Of a stretch of DNA of 64,000 nucleotides, positions 20,595 to 30,111 are shown one piece after another. Origin of the DNA: an uncultured delta proteobacterium. Its GTDB lineage: Bacteria; Desulfobacterota; Binatia; JACPRU01. Location: contig CAVUWD010000008.1 of the NCBI GenBank assembly GCA_963745025.1, positions 192,001 through 256,000 on the forward strand, written 5' to 3'. The position numbers and the translations under genes were made by a program. Within the stretch, counting starts at the first letter, position 1, and each line of letters opens with the position of its first letter. The notes below the pieces were generated by a model, which was not told the DNA's origin, did not search any database, and saw only the letters and a program-made list of their open reading frames with translations.

Positions 20595-20885
20595 TCAGCG
20601 GGGCTTCTCCCGACCCTCGAGATTCACCATCTTGCCGCCGCCCGGCGCCGGCACCTCGACCGGCGACGGCGCTGGGACGAGTTGGGCGCGGGTGGCGCGC
20701 TCGGCGGCTAGCTCCTCCGGCGACGGCAGGCGAGGCTTACCGTGATCGTCGAGGTAGACCCTCATGCCCTGGGCAGGGGCGACGGCCGCCGCCCCCGCGT
20801 CCTTCTGCGGCGGTTCGGCCTGGCAGGCGGCGATGCCGATCGACGACAAGCAGGCGGCCGCCACCGCTGTTAGCCGTTTCGACAC
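20595..20885 (-). CDS. Small putative lipoprotein resembling the post-PEP-CTERM-1 domain
   Basis: IAAC lipobox-like sequence; GMRVYLD..GK...P.PEE...GG.MVNLEGR; GAGGAG RBS. Confidence 0.6.
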   Translation of the reverse strand: MSKRLTAVAAACLSSIGIAACQAEPPQKDAGAAAVAPAQGMRVYLDDHGKPRLPSPEELAAERATRAQLVPAPSPVEVPAPGGGKMVNLEGREKPR

Positions 20886-21194
20886 TCCTCAAAGGTAATC
20901 TTCGCCTTCCCGTCGAGTCAAATCGAGACTGCGCCGGCGACGGGGCCGAGCAGGCCCAACCGAGGGCCACGGCGGCGTTACGCTCGCGGACGAGAACCCC
21001 GACCCCCCCAAACCTCAATTGGATCGCGGGTCCGGATTCAAGGGTAGGTGCTTCCGATGAAGCGCCAACTGTGGCGCAGTTTGATTTTGTACGAGATTTC
21101 TTCGTAGTTTCCGCAGATTACGCGCACCGTTTCTTGACGGATCGAGGTGGTACTGGGGTTTCCGGGCTGAACAGGACGAAGCCGATGCCGAAAA

Positions 21195-21393
21195 CGGACC
21201 GGCCCGAGGAATCCGCTCTCCGCCCGCGCCATCGAGAACGCCGCCGAGAGCATCGTCTTGCTCCAGCCGAACTCTTCTCGGAGCAGCACGACATAGGCGC
21301 CGTATGCGCGGAGCATGAGGGCGCCGATCAGCGCCTCGATGCCGAACCCGCTCCCACGATCCACCAGCCGTAGAAGATCGGGTCCCGGCTCAT
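21195..21393 (-). pseudogene. N-terminal fragment of an MFS transporter
   Basis: MSRDPIFYGWWIVGA / ...YGAYVVLLREEFGWSKTMLSAAFS...LGP, then similarity ends abruptly. Confidence 0.8.
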
Positions 21394-21405
21394 CGCGGGC
21401 GGGGC

Positions 21406-21924
21406 CTATTCGGATTCGAGCTTGAACTCCTGGACGTCGAACCAGTAGCCGAGTCCCTGCACCGAATCGAGCTCCGCCTGCACGATCGTAAAGTGGCCGG
21501 CCTCGATCTCCAGGAACCGCTGGAACATCGCTCGGTCCTCGGGCGCCGCCAGCTGGCGAACCATCCTCTCGTAGAAGATGCTCGTCTCCTGCTCGACCTC
21601 GAGCGCACGCTTCAGGGTTTCGATCGCCTCGCGCCGCTCGCGCTCGGGCATGGCGATGCGCTCCTTGAGCTTCTTGACGCCCTCCTGGATGACCTTGGTG
21701 GAGGGGAGGTCGGTGGCCAGCGCGGCGGTGCGTACCTTCCCCGTGCTCTTCCACTCGGCGAGCCGGGCCTCGAGATACTCCACGTGGCGCTTCTCCTCGC
21801 CGACCATCACCTGCAACATCTTCTTGGCAGTGTCGTCGCTGGCCCGGGCTGCGGCCTCTTCGTACACGCCGCGGACGCGGCGCTCGAACTGGAGCGCCGT
21901 CTGGATCGCCTCCTCGACCGTCAT
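21406..21924 (-). CDS. Ferritin-like (rubrerythrin family) protein
   Basis: E...Y and EEKRH, then E...FY and IEAGH di-iron motifs. Confidence 0.9.
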   Translation of the reverse strand: MTVEEAIQTALQFERRVRGVYEEAAARASDDTAKKMLQVMVGEEKRHVEYLEARLAEWKSTGKVRTAALATDLPSTKVIQEGVKKLKERIAMPERERREAIETLKRALEVEQETSIFYERMVRQLAAPEDRAMFQRFLEIEAGHFTIVQAELDSVQGLGYWFDVQEFKLESE

Positions 21925-21943
21925 CGCAGGCTTCCTCCTTCGG

Positions 21944-22423
21944 CTACCGGGCGTGCTGCATCAGCCCGACGAGCTGCGTGAGATGTCGCCGCTCCTCCTC
22001 GATGATGCCCTGGATCGTCTTCTGGTCCGCCGACGGCACGTACCGGATCATCTCCGTGTAGTACAGGATGGCGTCCTTCTCGGAGTCGATGCCGAACTGC
22101 AGGGCGTCGCGCTCCGACATGGTCTTCTGGGCCAGCAGCTGCTGGAGCCGCGCCTGGGTGAACACCTGCATGTCCACGTGGGCTTTGAGATAGGCCTCGT
22201 ACTCGCCCGGATACGACTCGTGCATCTGAGCCAGGCCGACCGAGCGCAGCAGCAGCTCGAAGGTCCTGAGGTGCTGGACCTCGTCGTCGGCGAGCTGCCG
22301 CAGCAGGTCCTTGGCGCGGTCGTTGGCCACGGCGTCGGCCGCGGCGATGTAGAACTTGAGGCCGTTCCGCTCCATCTGTACGGCCGCCTCGACCAGATCG
22401 TTCCCGGAAAACCTGAGACTCAT
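21944..22423 (-). CDS. Ferritin-like (rubrerythrin family) protein
   Basis: MERNGLKFY, DEVQH, EKDAILYY and EERRH motifs. Confidence 0.9.
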   Translation of the reverse strand: MSLRFSGNDLVEAAVQMERNGLKFYIAAADAVANDRAKDLLRQLADDEVQHLRTFELLLRSVGLAQMHESYPGEYEAYLKAHVDMQVFTQARLQQLLAQKTMSERDALQFGIDSEKDAILYYTEMIRYVPSADQKTIQGIIEEERRHLTQLVGLMQHAR

Positions 22424-22482
22424 CGGCTCACCTCGGCTCCCTGCCTGGGTTGCTGCCCGTCGTCGCCCGCGTGGCGAGGACC

Positions 22483-23775
22483 CTACGGCAGCGCCTCGCG
22501 GAGCAGCTCCACGACGTGGCGCGGGCGCCGCCCCGTGAAGTGCTCGACCTGCTGGCGGCAAGACGTGCCCATCACGGCCACCTGGGCCCCGGCGCGCGCC
22601 CGGATCGCCGGGAAGAGGTCCCGCTCTCCGGCCGCCCGCGAGGCTTCGTAGTGCTCCTTCTCGTACCCGTAGGCCCCCGCCATTCCGCAGCAGGCCGCGT
22701 CCACCATGTCTGCTTGGTAGCCCGCGAGGCGCAGGAGCTCGACGCTGCGGGTCGCATCCGCGGCGGCCTTCTGATGGCAGTGCCCGTGGAACAGGACTTC
22801 GGGCTTACCGTCGGCGCCCGTAAAGGGCAGCTCCAGCTCGCCCCGGCCGTTGAGCGCACCGAGGAACTCGTCGATCAGCAGCGCCTGCCCGGCCACCACC
22901 TTGGCCTTTTCCCTCTGCGCCGGCTCGACCAGATCGAGGTATTCCTCCCGCAGCGTGAGCAGGCACGAGGGCTCGCACCCCACGATGTAGGCGCCGTCGC
23001 GGCATTGCTCGTACAGCTGCGCGACGTTGGTGCGGGCCTGGGTCGCGGCCTGGTCCAACAACCCCTTGGAGATCATGGGCCGTCCGCAGCAGACCTTGTT
23101 CGCCAGCTCCAGCCGGAAACCTGCCGTCTCCAGGAGCTCGGTGACTGCGATGCCGGTGGACGGGTAATTGTATTCCATGAACGTGTCGTCGAACAGCACG
23201 ACCGTCCCGCGGTGCCCGTCGCCGCGCGGCGTGTGCGCCCGGAACCACTCTCGGAAGGTCTGGCGGGCGAACGGCGGCAGTGACCGGTTCTTGTGGATGC
23301 CGAGGAGGTGGTGCGCTACCAGCTTGGCGCCCGGGATCTTGAGCGCCCAGTTGCTCAGCGGCGCCAGCTTGCTGCCAACCCGGGAGAGGCGCTCGATGTT
23401 GGCGAAAATCTGCGCGCGCAGCGGATGGGCGTGGGAGCGATACTGCGCGTCCAGCGGCCCGCCCACAGCCGCCGCTCCCGCGCCATTCGCGCCTACCAGC
23501 TCCGGGGTCATGTGCAGCGTCCTGAGGCCCCGCTGGAGGTACGCCGGGCTCACGCCCTTCGGGCAGACCTTCTGGCAGGCCATGCAGCTCGAACAATCCC
23601 ACGTCGTCGGGTGGGCCAGGGCTTCCCCGATCTGGCCGAGCTGCAGCAGGCGCACGACCCGCTGCGGCTCGAGCGAGAACGGGCAGGCGGCGGTGCACTT
23701 GCCGCACTGGTAGCAGGCGAAGACGTTTTGCCGGCTGTGCTCCTCGACCGATCGGACGAGGTCTCCCTCGGTCAC
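22483..23775 (-). CDS. HdrC-like 2x[4Fe-4S] domain fused to GlpC/HdrD-like CCG domains
   Basis: CYQCGKCTAACP, CSSCMACQKVCP, CCGRP, EPSC, HGHCHQ and CCGMAG motifs. Confidence 0.9.
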   Translation of the reverse strand: MTEGDLVRSVEEHSRQNVFACYQCGKCTAACPFSLEPQRVVRLLQLGQIGEALAHPTTWDCSSCMACQKVCPKGVSPAYLQRGLRTLHMTPELVGANGAGAAAVGGPLDAQYRSHAHPLRAQIFANIERLSRVGSKLAPLSNWALKIPGAKLVAHHLLGIHKNRSLPPFARQTFREWFRAHTPRGDGHRGTVVLFDDTFMEYNYPSTGIAVTELLETAGFRLELANKVCCGRPMISKGLLDQAATQARTNVAQLYEQCRDGAYIVGCEPSCLLTLREEYLDLVEPAQREKAKVVAGQALLIDEFLGALNGRGELELPFTGADGKPEVLFHGHCHQKAAADATRSVELLRLAGYQADMVDAACCGMAGAYGYEKEHYEASRAAGERDLFPAIRARAGAQVAVMGTSCRQQVEHFTGRRPRHVVELLREALP

Positions 23776-24000
23776 GTCGGAGCGATTGGCGTCGCGAGTA
23801 CCGTCCCCGAGTTCGGCTGCTGGGCGCGATGGTATGGAAGTCCCGTGAATGGCCGCAGAATTCGGCGTAACGCGGTTCGTCGAGGTCGAGTTGGGACCTC
23901 GCTACAACGTCGCACCGAACCAGAACGATCGAGACGATGATCCGCGTCGACGATGAGAAGCGCCTCGGTTCGATGCGTTGGGATTTGTCTCTCCAATGAA

Positions 24001-24128
24001 AAAAGATCCGAAGCTCGCCCCGATCAACGCGCCCGACGAGAGACCCCTCGCGACCTCACCGATGTTCCGAGACCCCTTGCGACGCCATCGCTGTCTTGTC
24101 TTCGCCGACGGTTTCTATGAACTGAAGG
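24001..24128 (+). pseudogene. Internal fragment of an SOS-response-associated peptidase (SRAP/YedK)
   Basis: Manual translation KDPKLAPINA / ETLATSPMFRDPLRRHRCLVFADGFYELK. Confidence 0.8.
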
Positions 24129-24413
24129 GCGCCTTCGTCGGCGATTGACCGACGCGCGCGATACGATTCTCGCCGCGGTCGACCGAAAGGTTGCAAAGCT
24201 GCCTTAGCGACGCCGCCAGCTGTGGCGGAAACTTCGCGCGACTCGAGTGGACTCGGTCGCACGTCCTTCGTTCAAGCCGATTCCTCTCCCATCGACGGGT
24301 GAGCCATCTCGGCCGCCGCAAGCGTACCCCGGCGAAGACCAGGGTTGACTGCTCGGCCGTTTGGATGCTCCGCTCGCGCATGCCGAACCGCACAGTTCGT
24401 AGGGGGCCTGCCC

Positions 24414-25997
24414 ATGGGTGAGATGAGAATTGATCTCCACCATCTGCTCGAAGATCTCCGCGATGCATACCCGGGAGGCGTGGAAGAAACGATCCTCACC
24501 GAAGTGGTCGCGAACTCTTTGGACTCGGGCGCCCGGCGCATTGCTTTCCGCACCGAGCCCGGCGATGCCGCGCTGACCATCACAGACGATGGCTCGGGAA
24601 TGAAGCGGCGGGATCTCGCGCGCTATCACGATCTCGCGGCCAGCACGAAGACACGCGGGCGGGGGATCGGCTTCGCCGGAGTTGGCATCAAGCTCGCGCT
24701 GCTGGTCTGCTCCGAGGTGGTTACGGAGACGCGGCGCGGAGCGTCGCACGCGGCGACCACCTGGCATCTCGCGAACCGGCACAGAGCACCCTGGAAGTGG
24801 CTCGCGAAGCTTCCCGGGCAGACGGGCGAGCGCGGCACGGCGGTTCGGCTCCGGCTCTCGAACCCGCTGTCGCCGCTGCTCGACGCCGGCTTCATCGAGA
24901 CAACGCTGCGCCGCCATTTCGAGCCGCTGTTCGACCCCGGGCTCGACGAGATGCTGCGGCCTCTCTACCCGGACGGGCTCGAGTTCGAGATCAACGGGCG
25001 CCCGGTGGGTCGCCACGGGGTGGCCATGGGCGACCGCGCGCCGATCTGGATTCGGCTCCGCCGCAAGCGTAAGCCGTCGGCCGTGGGATGGCTGGTTCGC
25101 GAGACGATGCCACTCACCGAGGAACGCCGCGGGGTGGCGATCAGTACCTACGGCAAGGTCATCAAGCGCGGCTGGGACTGGCTCGGGGTGTCGCCCGCCC
25201 ATCCGGACCGCGTCTCGGGTCTGATCGAGGCGCCCGTCCTCTCGGAATGCCTGACCCTCAACAAGAGCGACTTCATCCGCACCGGTGCCCGCGGCTCCCT
25301 CTATCTCTCTTATCGCCGCGCCATCCAGGAGGCGGTGGTGCGCCAGCTCGCGGAATGGGGCGACGGGCAGGATGCCGAGCAGCGCGCGCCGCGCCGCGCC
25401 GCACGACCCGTCGAGCGCGATCTCGAAAACGTGCTGGTCGATCTCGCCGATGACTTCCCGATGCTGGCCTCGCTGGTCGAGCAGCGGCTCGGCGGTCAGC
25501 GAAAGCTACCGATCGGAAAGCCCGGGACGGCCTCGGACGCTCGCGCGTTCCTGGCGGCGTCGCTGACCGAACCCGCCGAATCCTCGGCCGCCAGCGAGCC
25601 GGCTGCGGAAGTGGCAACGACGCGGGCCGATCTCGGTCCGGAATCCGAGCCGCAGCACCCGCCCGAGCAGCCGGCGGCGGCCGTGCTTCCCGCCGCCGCG
25701 GGGGCGAAGCGCCCGGGGCACTACGGCCTCGTGATCCAATTCCGTTCCCGGCCGGGCGACGAGGCGCTCGCGCAGCTCGTGGACACGGCGGTATGGGTGA
25801 ACGATGCACATCCGGCGTACCGGCGGGCGATCCTTTCACGCTCCGAGGGCTATCACCTTGCGCTCGCGGTGGCGATGGCGCTCGCGCCGCTCGCCGCCGA
25901 GCCGGCCGGGCAGCACGGATTCGTGAGCACGTTCCTGGCTCGCTGGGGCGAGGCGCTCGAGAAGCCCGGCCGTCGCCGCAATCGCACCGCGGGCTGA
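24414..25997 (+). CDS. Standalone GHKL (Hsp90/MutL/MORC-like) ATPase
   Basis: EVVANSLD, DDGSGM and GIGFAGVGIK motifs; LTLNKSDF; C-terminal VWVNDAHPAY. Confidence 0.85.
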   Translation: MGEMRIDLHHLLEDLRDAYPGGVEETILTEVVANSLDSGARRIAFRTEPGDAALTITDDGSGMKRRDLARYHDLAASTKTRGRGIGFAGVGIKLALLVCSEVVTETRRGASHAATTWHLANRHRAPWKWLAKLPGQTGERGTAVRLRLSNPLSPLLDAGFIETTLRRHFEPLFDPGLDEMLRPLYPDGLEFEINGRPVGRHGVAMGDRAPIWIRLRRKRKPSAVGWLVRETMPLTEERRGVAISTYGKVIKRGWDWLGVSPAHPDRVSGLIEAPVLSECLTLNKSDFIRTGARGSLYLSYRRAIQEAVVRQLAEWGDGQDAEQRAPRRAARPVERDLENVLVDLADDFPMLASLVEQRLGGQRKLPIGKPGTASDARAFLAASLTEPAESSAASEPAAEVATTRADLGPESEPQHPPEQPAAAVLPAAAGAKRPGHYGLVIQFRSRPGDEALAQLVDTAVWVNDAHPAYRRAILSRSEGYHLALAVAMALAPLAAEPAGQHGFVSTFLARWGEALEKPGRRRNRTAG

Positions 25998-26067
25998 CGA
26001 GCTCTGAACGCCGACAACTCAGTGGCCGCGCGCCGCTTCTCGATTGACCGATCGCGACCGTTCTGGC

Positions 26068-26080
26068 CTAGTCTGACTAG
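26068..26080. promoter_or_regulatory. Probable antitoxin operator palindrome
   Basis: CTAGTC-T-GACTAG, 5 nt before the Phd start. Confidence 0.55.
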
Positions 26081-26085
26081 ATTCG

Positions 26086-26691
26086 ATGGAGATCAACGTT
26101 TACGCGGCAAAGACCCAGCTCTCCCGCCTGTTGGAGCGGGTCGAAGCTGGCGAGAAGATCATCATCACTTGCCACGGGCGTCCCGTCGCGCGGCTCGGAC
26201 CGGTTCGGCCGAGCGCAAAGCGGCGAACGCTCGGGCTCCTCCGCAGGAAGATCCGCGTCAAGCGGAATTTCGACGAGCCGCTTCCGGCGCACCTTCGAGA
26301 AGGGGCTTCTCTGAGGCTTCTCCTCGACACACACACGCTGCTCTGGGCTGTAGGCACGCCGACGCGGTTGCCGCGGACGATCTCACGCGCCATCACATAG
26401 CCCGGCAACGACGTCTACGTGAGCGCCGCGTCGACTTGGGAAATCGCCATCAGGGCCACTCTGGGCAGGATTCAGGTAGAACCGGCCGAGTTGGTGGATG
26501 CCATCGAGGGAAGCGGCCTTTCCGAGCTCGCCGTCCGGATCGGCCATACCGCGAGGGTTCGTTCGCTGCCTCTTCACCGTCGGGATCCGTTCGACCGGGT
26601 TCTCATGGCCCAAGCACTCGAAGGAGGAATGACTCTCGTCTCGCGCGCCCCCGTGTTCGCGCGCTATTCGGTACCGGCCCCGTGGACCTGA
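26086..26691 (+). pseudogene. Decayed Phd/YefM antitoxin plus PIN (VapC) toxin module
   Basis: AKTQLSRLL..VEAGE; LLLDTH; SAASTWEI; DPFDR; in-frame TAG at 26398-26400; the antitoxin runs in frame into the toxin. Confidence 0.85.
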
Positions 26692-28892
26692 ATCGGCTTC
26701 TGCGCGTCGCCCGGGTGATCGCGATCCTCTTGGCACCGGCATGCGAGGCCGCGGAGGGCGTGGAGCCGCCTTCGGTCGCCCGCTACGTCGGCCGGACCGC
26801 CTGCGCGGAGTGTCATGCGGCGGAGTCGAACGCGTGGCGGGGATCCCACCACGACCTCGCGATGCGGGAGGCGACCGAGGCCACCGTGCTCGGCGACTTT
26901 CGCAACGCCGAGTTTCGCTACGGGGCCGTGGTCTCTCGCTTCTTCCGCAAGCAGGGTCGCTTCCTCGTGCGCACCGACGGTCCCGACGGCAAGCTCCACG
27001 ACTACGAGGTGAAGTACACCTTCGGTGTCGATCCGCTGCAGCAGTACCTGATCGAGCTTCCGGGCGGCCGGCTGCAGGCGCTCTCGATCGCCTGGGACGC
27101 GCGCCCTAAGGCGAAAGGCGGCCAGCGCTGGTTTCATCTCTACCCGCAGGAGAGGATCGATTCCCGCGACGAGCTGCACTGGACGGGCATCAACCAGAAC
27201 TGGAACTCGATGTGCGCCGAGTGCCACTCGACTAACGTGCGCAAGGGCTACGATCCGGCGCATCGCACCTACCAGACGACGTGGTCCGAGGTCGACGTAT
27301 CCTGCGAGGCATGCCACGGGCCCGCCTCGCTCCACGTCGCGTGGGCGAGGCACGAGCCCGGGTGGGAGGCTCTTGATCGTCGCGGAAAGGGGCTGGAGAT
27401 TCTCCTCGACGAGCGCAAGGGAATCGGCTGGGGGCGCGATCCAGAGTCCGGGAATCCGCGGCGAACCGCCGAGCGCCGGACCGAGAAGGAGATCCAGCTC
27501 TGTGCTCGCTGCCACTCGCGCCGGAGCGAGCTCTCCGAAGACTACCGCTACGGCGCTCCGCTCATGGACACGCATCTGCCGGCGCTCCTCGCCCCCGCGC
27601 TCTACCACGCCGATGGGCAGATCGACGGCGAGGTCTACGAGTACGGCTCGTTCGTGCAGAGCCGAATGTATCGCGCGGGCGTGACCTGCAGCGACTGCCA
27701 CGAGCCCCACAGCCTCGCGTTACGCTCACCGGGAAACGGCGTCTGCCTGCAGTGTCACGCGACGGAGAAGTACGAGACGCCGAAGCATCATTTCCATGCG
27801 GCCGAGTCAGCCGGAGCGAGCTGCATCGCCTGCCACATGCCGACGAAAACCTACATGATCGTGCATCCACGGCACGATCACAGCCTGCGCGTCCCGCGGC
27901 CCGACCTATCGACTCGCCTCGGTACGCCGAATGCGTGCACGAGCTGCCACGGCGACAAGCCGGCGCAGTGGGCGGCGAGCAAGGTGCACGAGTGGTACGG
28001 GCGCGATCCGGCCGGCTACCAGCGCTTCGCCGAGCCGCTCCACGCAGCGAGGATGCACGCCGTCGATGCCGAGCCGCGCCTACTTTCGCTGCTCGCCGAC
28101 CCCGAGCAACCTGCGATCGCGCGCGGCACCGCGGCGATGTCGCTCGCCGATATGCAAAGCCCGTCGTCGCTTCAGCCGCTCGCGAAGGCGCTCGCCGATC
28201 CCGACCCGCTCGTGCGCGTGGGCGCGCTCGAGGTGCTCGAGCCGCTGCCGCCGGGCGAGCGCTGGCGAATGGCGAGTCGGCTCCTCGACGACTCCGTGCG
28301 GGCGGTGCGGATCCTCGCCGCGGGGCTGCTCGCTGGGACGCCCGTGCAGGCCATCTCCGGAAACGAGCGCGCCGCGCTCGAGCGGGCGATCGACGAGTAC
28401 GTCGCCGTGCAGCAGCTGAACGCCGACCGGCCATCCGCTCAGGTCAACCTCGGCAATCTCTACGCCGAGCGCGGGGAAGCCGCGAAGGCGGAAGAGCGCT
28501 ACCGCACCGCGCTCGAGCTCGATCCCGGCTGGATCCCGGCTTACGTGAACCTCGCGGATCTGATGCGCCAGACGGATCGTGATGCGGAAGGGGAGGGAAT
28601 CCTCCGTGACGGGCTGGCTCGTCGCCCAAACGATGCGTCGCTTCATCACAGCCTCGGGCTCCTGCTCGTGCGCAAGAAAGAGATGCCCGCGGCGCTCGCG
28701 TCGCTGAAGCGCGCGGCCGAGCTTGCTCCCGACGATCGGCGCTTCGCCTACGTTTATGCCGTCGGCCTGCAGAGCGCGGGTCAAGACCGTGAGGCTCTGG
28801 CGGTGATCGACGCTGCGCTGGGGCGCGCGCCGGGGGATCGGTCGCTCGCCAAGCTGCGCGGCGAGATCGCGGGCGCTTCGCCGACGCACTGA
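26682..28892 (+). CDS. Octaheme c-type cytochrome with HEAT and TPR repeats
   Basis: Eight CxxCH motifs (CAECH x2, CEACH, CARCH, CSDCH, CLQCH, CIACH, CTSCH); DPDPLVR HEAT repeat; NLGNLY and YVNLAD TPRs. Confidence 0.92.
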   Translation: MDLNRLLRVARVIAILLAPACEAAEGVEPPSVARYVGRTACAECHAAESNAWRGSHHDLAMREATEATVLGDFRNAEFRYGAVVSRFFRKQGRFLVRTDGPDGKLHDYEVKYTFGVDPLQQYLIELPGGRLQALSIAWDARPKAKGGQRWFHLYPQERIDSRDELHWTGINQNWNSMCAECHSTNVRKGYDPAHRTYQTTWSEVDVSCEACHGPASLHVAWARHEPGWEALDRRGKGLEILLDERKGIGWGRDPESGNPRRTAERRTEKEIQLCARCHSRRSELSEDYRYGAPLMDTHLPALLAPALYHADGQIDGEVYEYGSFVQSRMYRAGVTCSDCHEPHSLALRSPGNGVCLQCHATEKYETPKHHFHAAESAGASCIACHMPTKTYMIVHPRHDHSLRVPRPDLSTRLGTPNACTSCHGDKPAQWAASKVHEWYGRDPAGYQRFAEPLHAARMHAVDAEPRLLSLLADPEQPAIARGTAAMSLADMQSPSSLQPLAKALADPDPLVRVGALEVLEPLPPGERWRMASRLLDDSVRAVRILAAGLLAGTPVQAISGNERAALERAIDEYVAVQQLNADRPSAQVNLGNLYAERGEAAKAEERYRTALELDPGWIPAYVNLADLMRQTDRDAEGEGILRDGLARRPNDASLHHSLGLLLVRKKEMPAALASLKRAAELAPDDRRFAYVYAVGLQSAGQDREALAVIDAALGRAPGDRSLAKLRGEIAGASPTH

Positions 28893-29129
28893 TCGTCGCC
28901 CTGCCTTCGGAGCCTCCGAAACGACGGAGTTGCCCACGGGACATCGGAGGCAACTCGGCGCTCCTACGGCATCCGCCCAGGCTCTAGAGGCCGCGTTGCG
29001 AGCGCCAGGTCACCCCGATGCCGTCTCTTGGGGCATGGAAGGCTTCGAGAAAGAAGCTCGTGGCGGACAAGCCAGGCGCGAGCCCACCGCGTTCAAGTCA
29101 CGGAGGAAATTTCGCTCGGTAGGCTGCCT

Positions 29130-29173
29130 GGCCGGAGCCGGTTCGCGACCAACGGGAGCGATCTGTGGCGCAG
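29130..29173 (+). repeat. ~44-bp direct repeat, copy 1 (downstream of tonB)
   Basis: ggccggagccgg-ttcgcgaccaacgggagcgatctgtggcgcag matches 31410-31454. Confidence 0.8.
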
Positions 29174-29177
29174 CCTC

Positions 29178-30089
29178 CTAGCTCGGGGGACGAAACGAGA
29201 ACGGCCAGGTGACGACCACGGTGCCCGTCGGCTCGGGAGGATAACGCCAGCCGCGGATCTGGTGCAGCACTTCCTGCTCGAGGTGCGGATCCCGCAGCTG
29301 GCTCGAAACCATAGTCACCTCGCCGATGGCGCCGCTGCCGAGAATCTCGTAGCGAACCACGATCAGGCCACGGAGCGCAGTGTCGTTGAGGAGTTCGTTG
29401 TTGTATGCCGAGCGAAGCCCCGCGAGATAGCGCTGCGTCCACTCCCAGATCGAGGCGTAGCTGCGGCCCGCTCCGCCGGCGCCGGCGCCCGAAACCGAGA
29501 AGCCGCCGCGTCCCGTACCGCCGCCCCCCGCCCCCGTGTTGCCGCTTCCCGAGTTCCAGCCGCTGCCCCCGCCACCGGGACCCGGTAGCGCGACCGAGCC
29601 GACGCCGGCTCCGAGGCTACCCGTCATCTGCGTACCCGTGACAACGACCGAACCGACCGCCACGTCGGCCTCGGATCGCGCCGTGCCGAGCGTGCTCGTC
29701 GGCGCGGGGCCCGACTTCTTCAACGCCGTGAGCAACCTTTGCTCCTCGACGGGCCGCTCGACGGGGAGCGGTTTCGGAGCCGGATGAGGGCGAGCGACGG
29801 CCTTTACCCGCGGAGCGGGTGGCGCCTTCGGCGCCTCGGCGGGCCTTACCTCTTCGGGAGGCGGTCCCACTGGACCCGGCTCGGCGCTCTTCTCGCCGGG
29901 CGGTGGTGACGCGGGTCCCTTCGGTCCCTCGAAGATCGAGACCTCGAGCGGTGGAGCGGGCACCTCGCGACGAATCGACGTGAGGATGACGAATGCGAAG
30001 GCCAGGTGCAGGACGAGCGAGAGCGAGAACGCGAGCGTGTGGCGGGGAGCCGGACTGTCAGCGCCAAAGATCAGGGTCGCTGCGGACAC
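29178..30089 (-). CDS. TonB-family protein with AgmX/PglI-like C-terminal domain
   Basis: SLVLH transmembrane motif; Pro-rich and Gly-rich linkers; C-terminal WRYP...VVVTWPFSF. Confidence 0.85.
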   Translation of the reverse strand: MSAATLIFGADSPAPRHTLAFSLSLVLHLAFAFVILTSIRREVPAPPLEVSIFEGPKGPASPPPGEKSAEPGPVGPPPEEVRPAEAPKAPPAPRVKAVARPHPAPKPLPVERPVEEQRLLTALKKSGPAPTSTLGTARSEADVAVGSVVVTGTQMTGSLGAGVGSVALPGPGGGGSGWNSGSGNTGAGGGGTGRGGFSVSGAGAGGAGRSYASIWEWTQRYLAGLRSAYNNELLNDTALRGLIVVRYEILGSGAIGEVTMVSSQLRDPHLEQEVLHQIRGWRYPPEPTGTVVVTWPFSFRPPS

Positions 30090-30111
30090 TTCGGGAAGTT
30101 TCGGGAAGATA

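Noticed and set aside
24170-24235. c-di-GMP-I riboswitch-like GAAA tetraloop followed by GCAAAGC
   Set aside because: Lacks the upstream GGCAAA element and a convincing second stem; would need an Infernal hit
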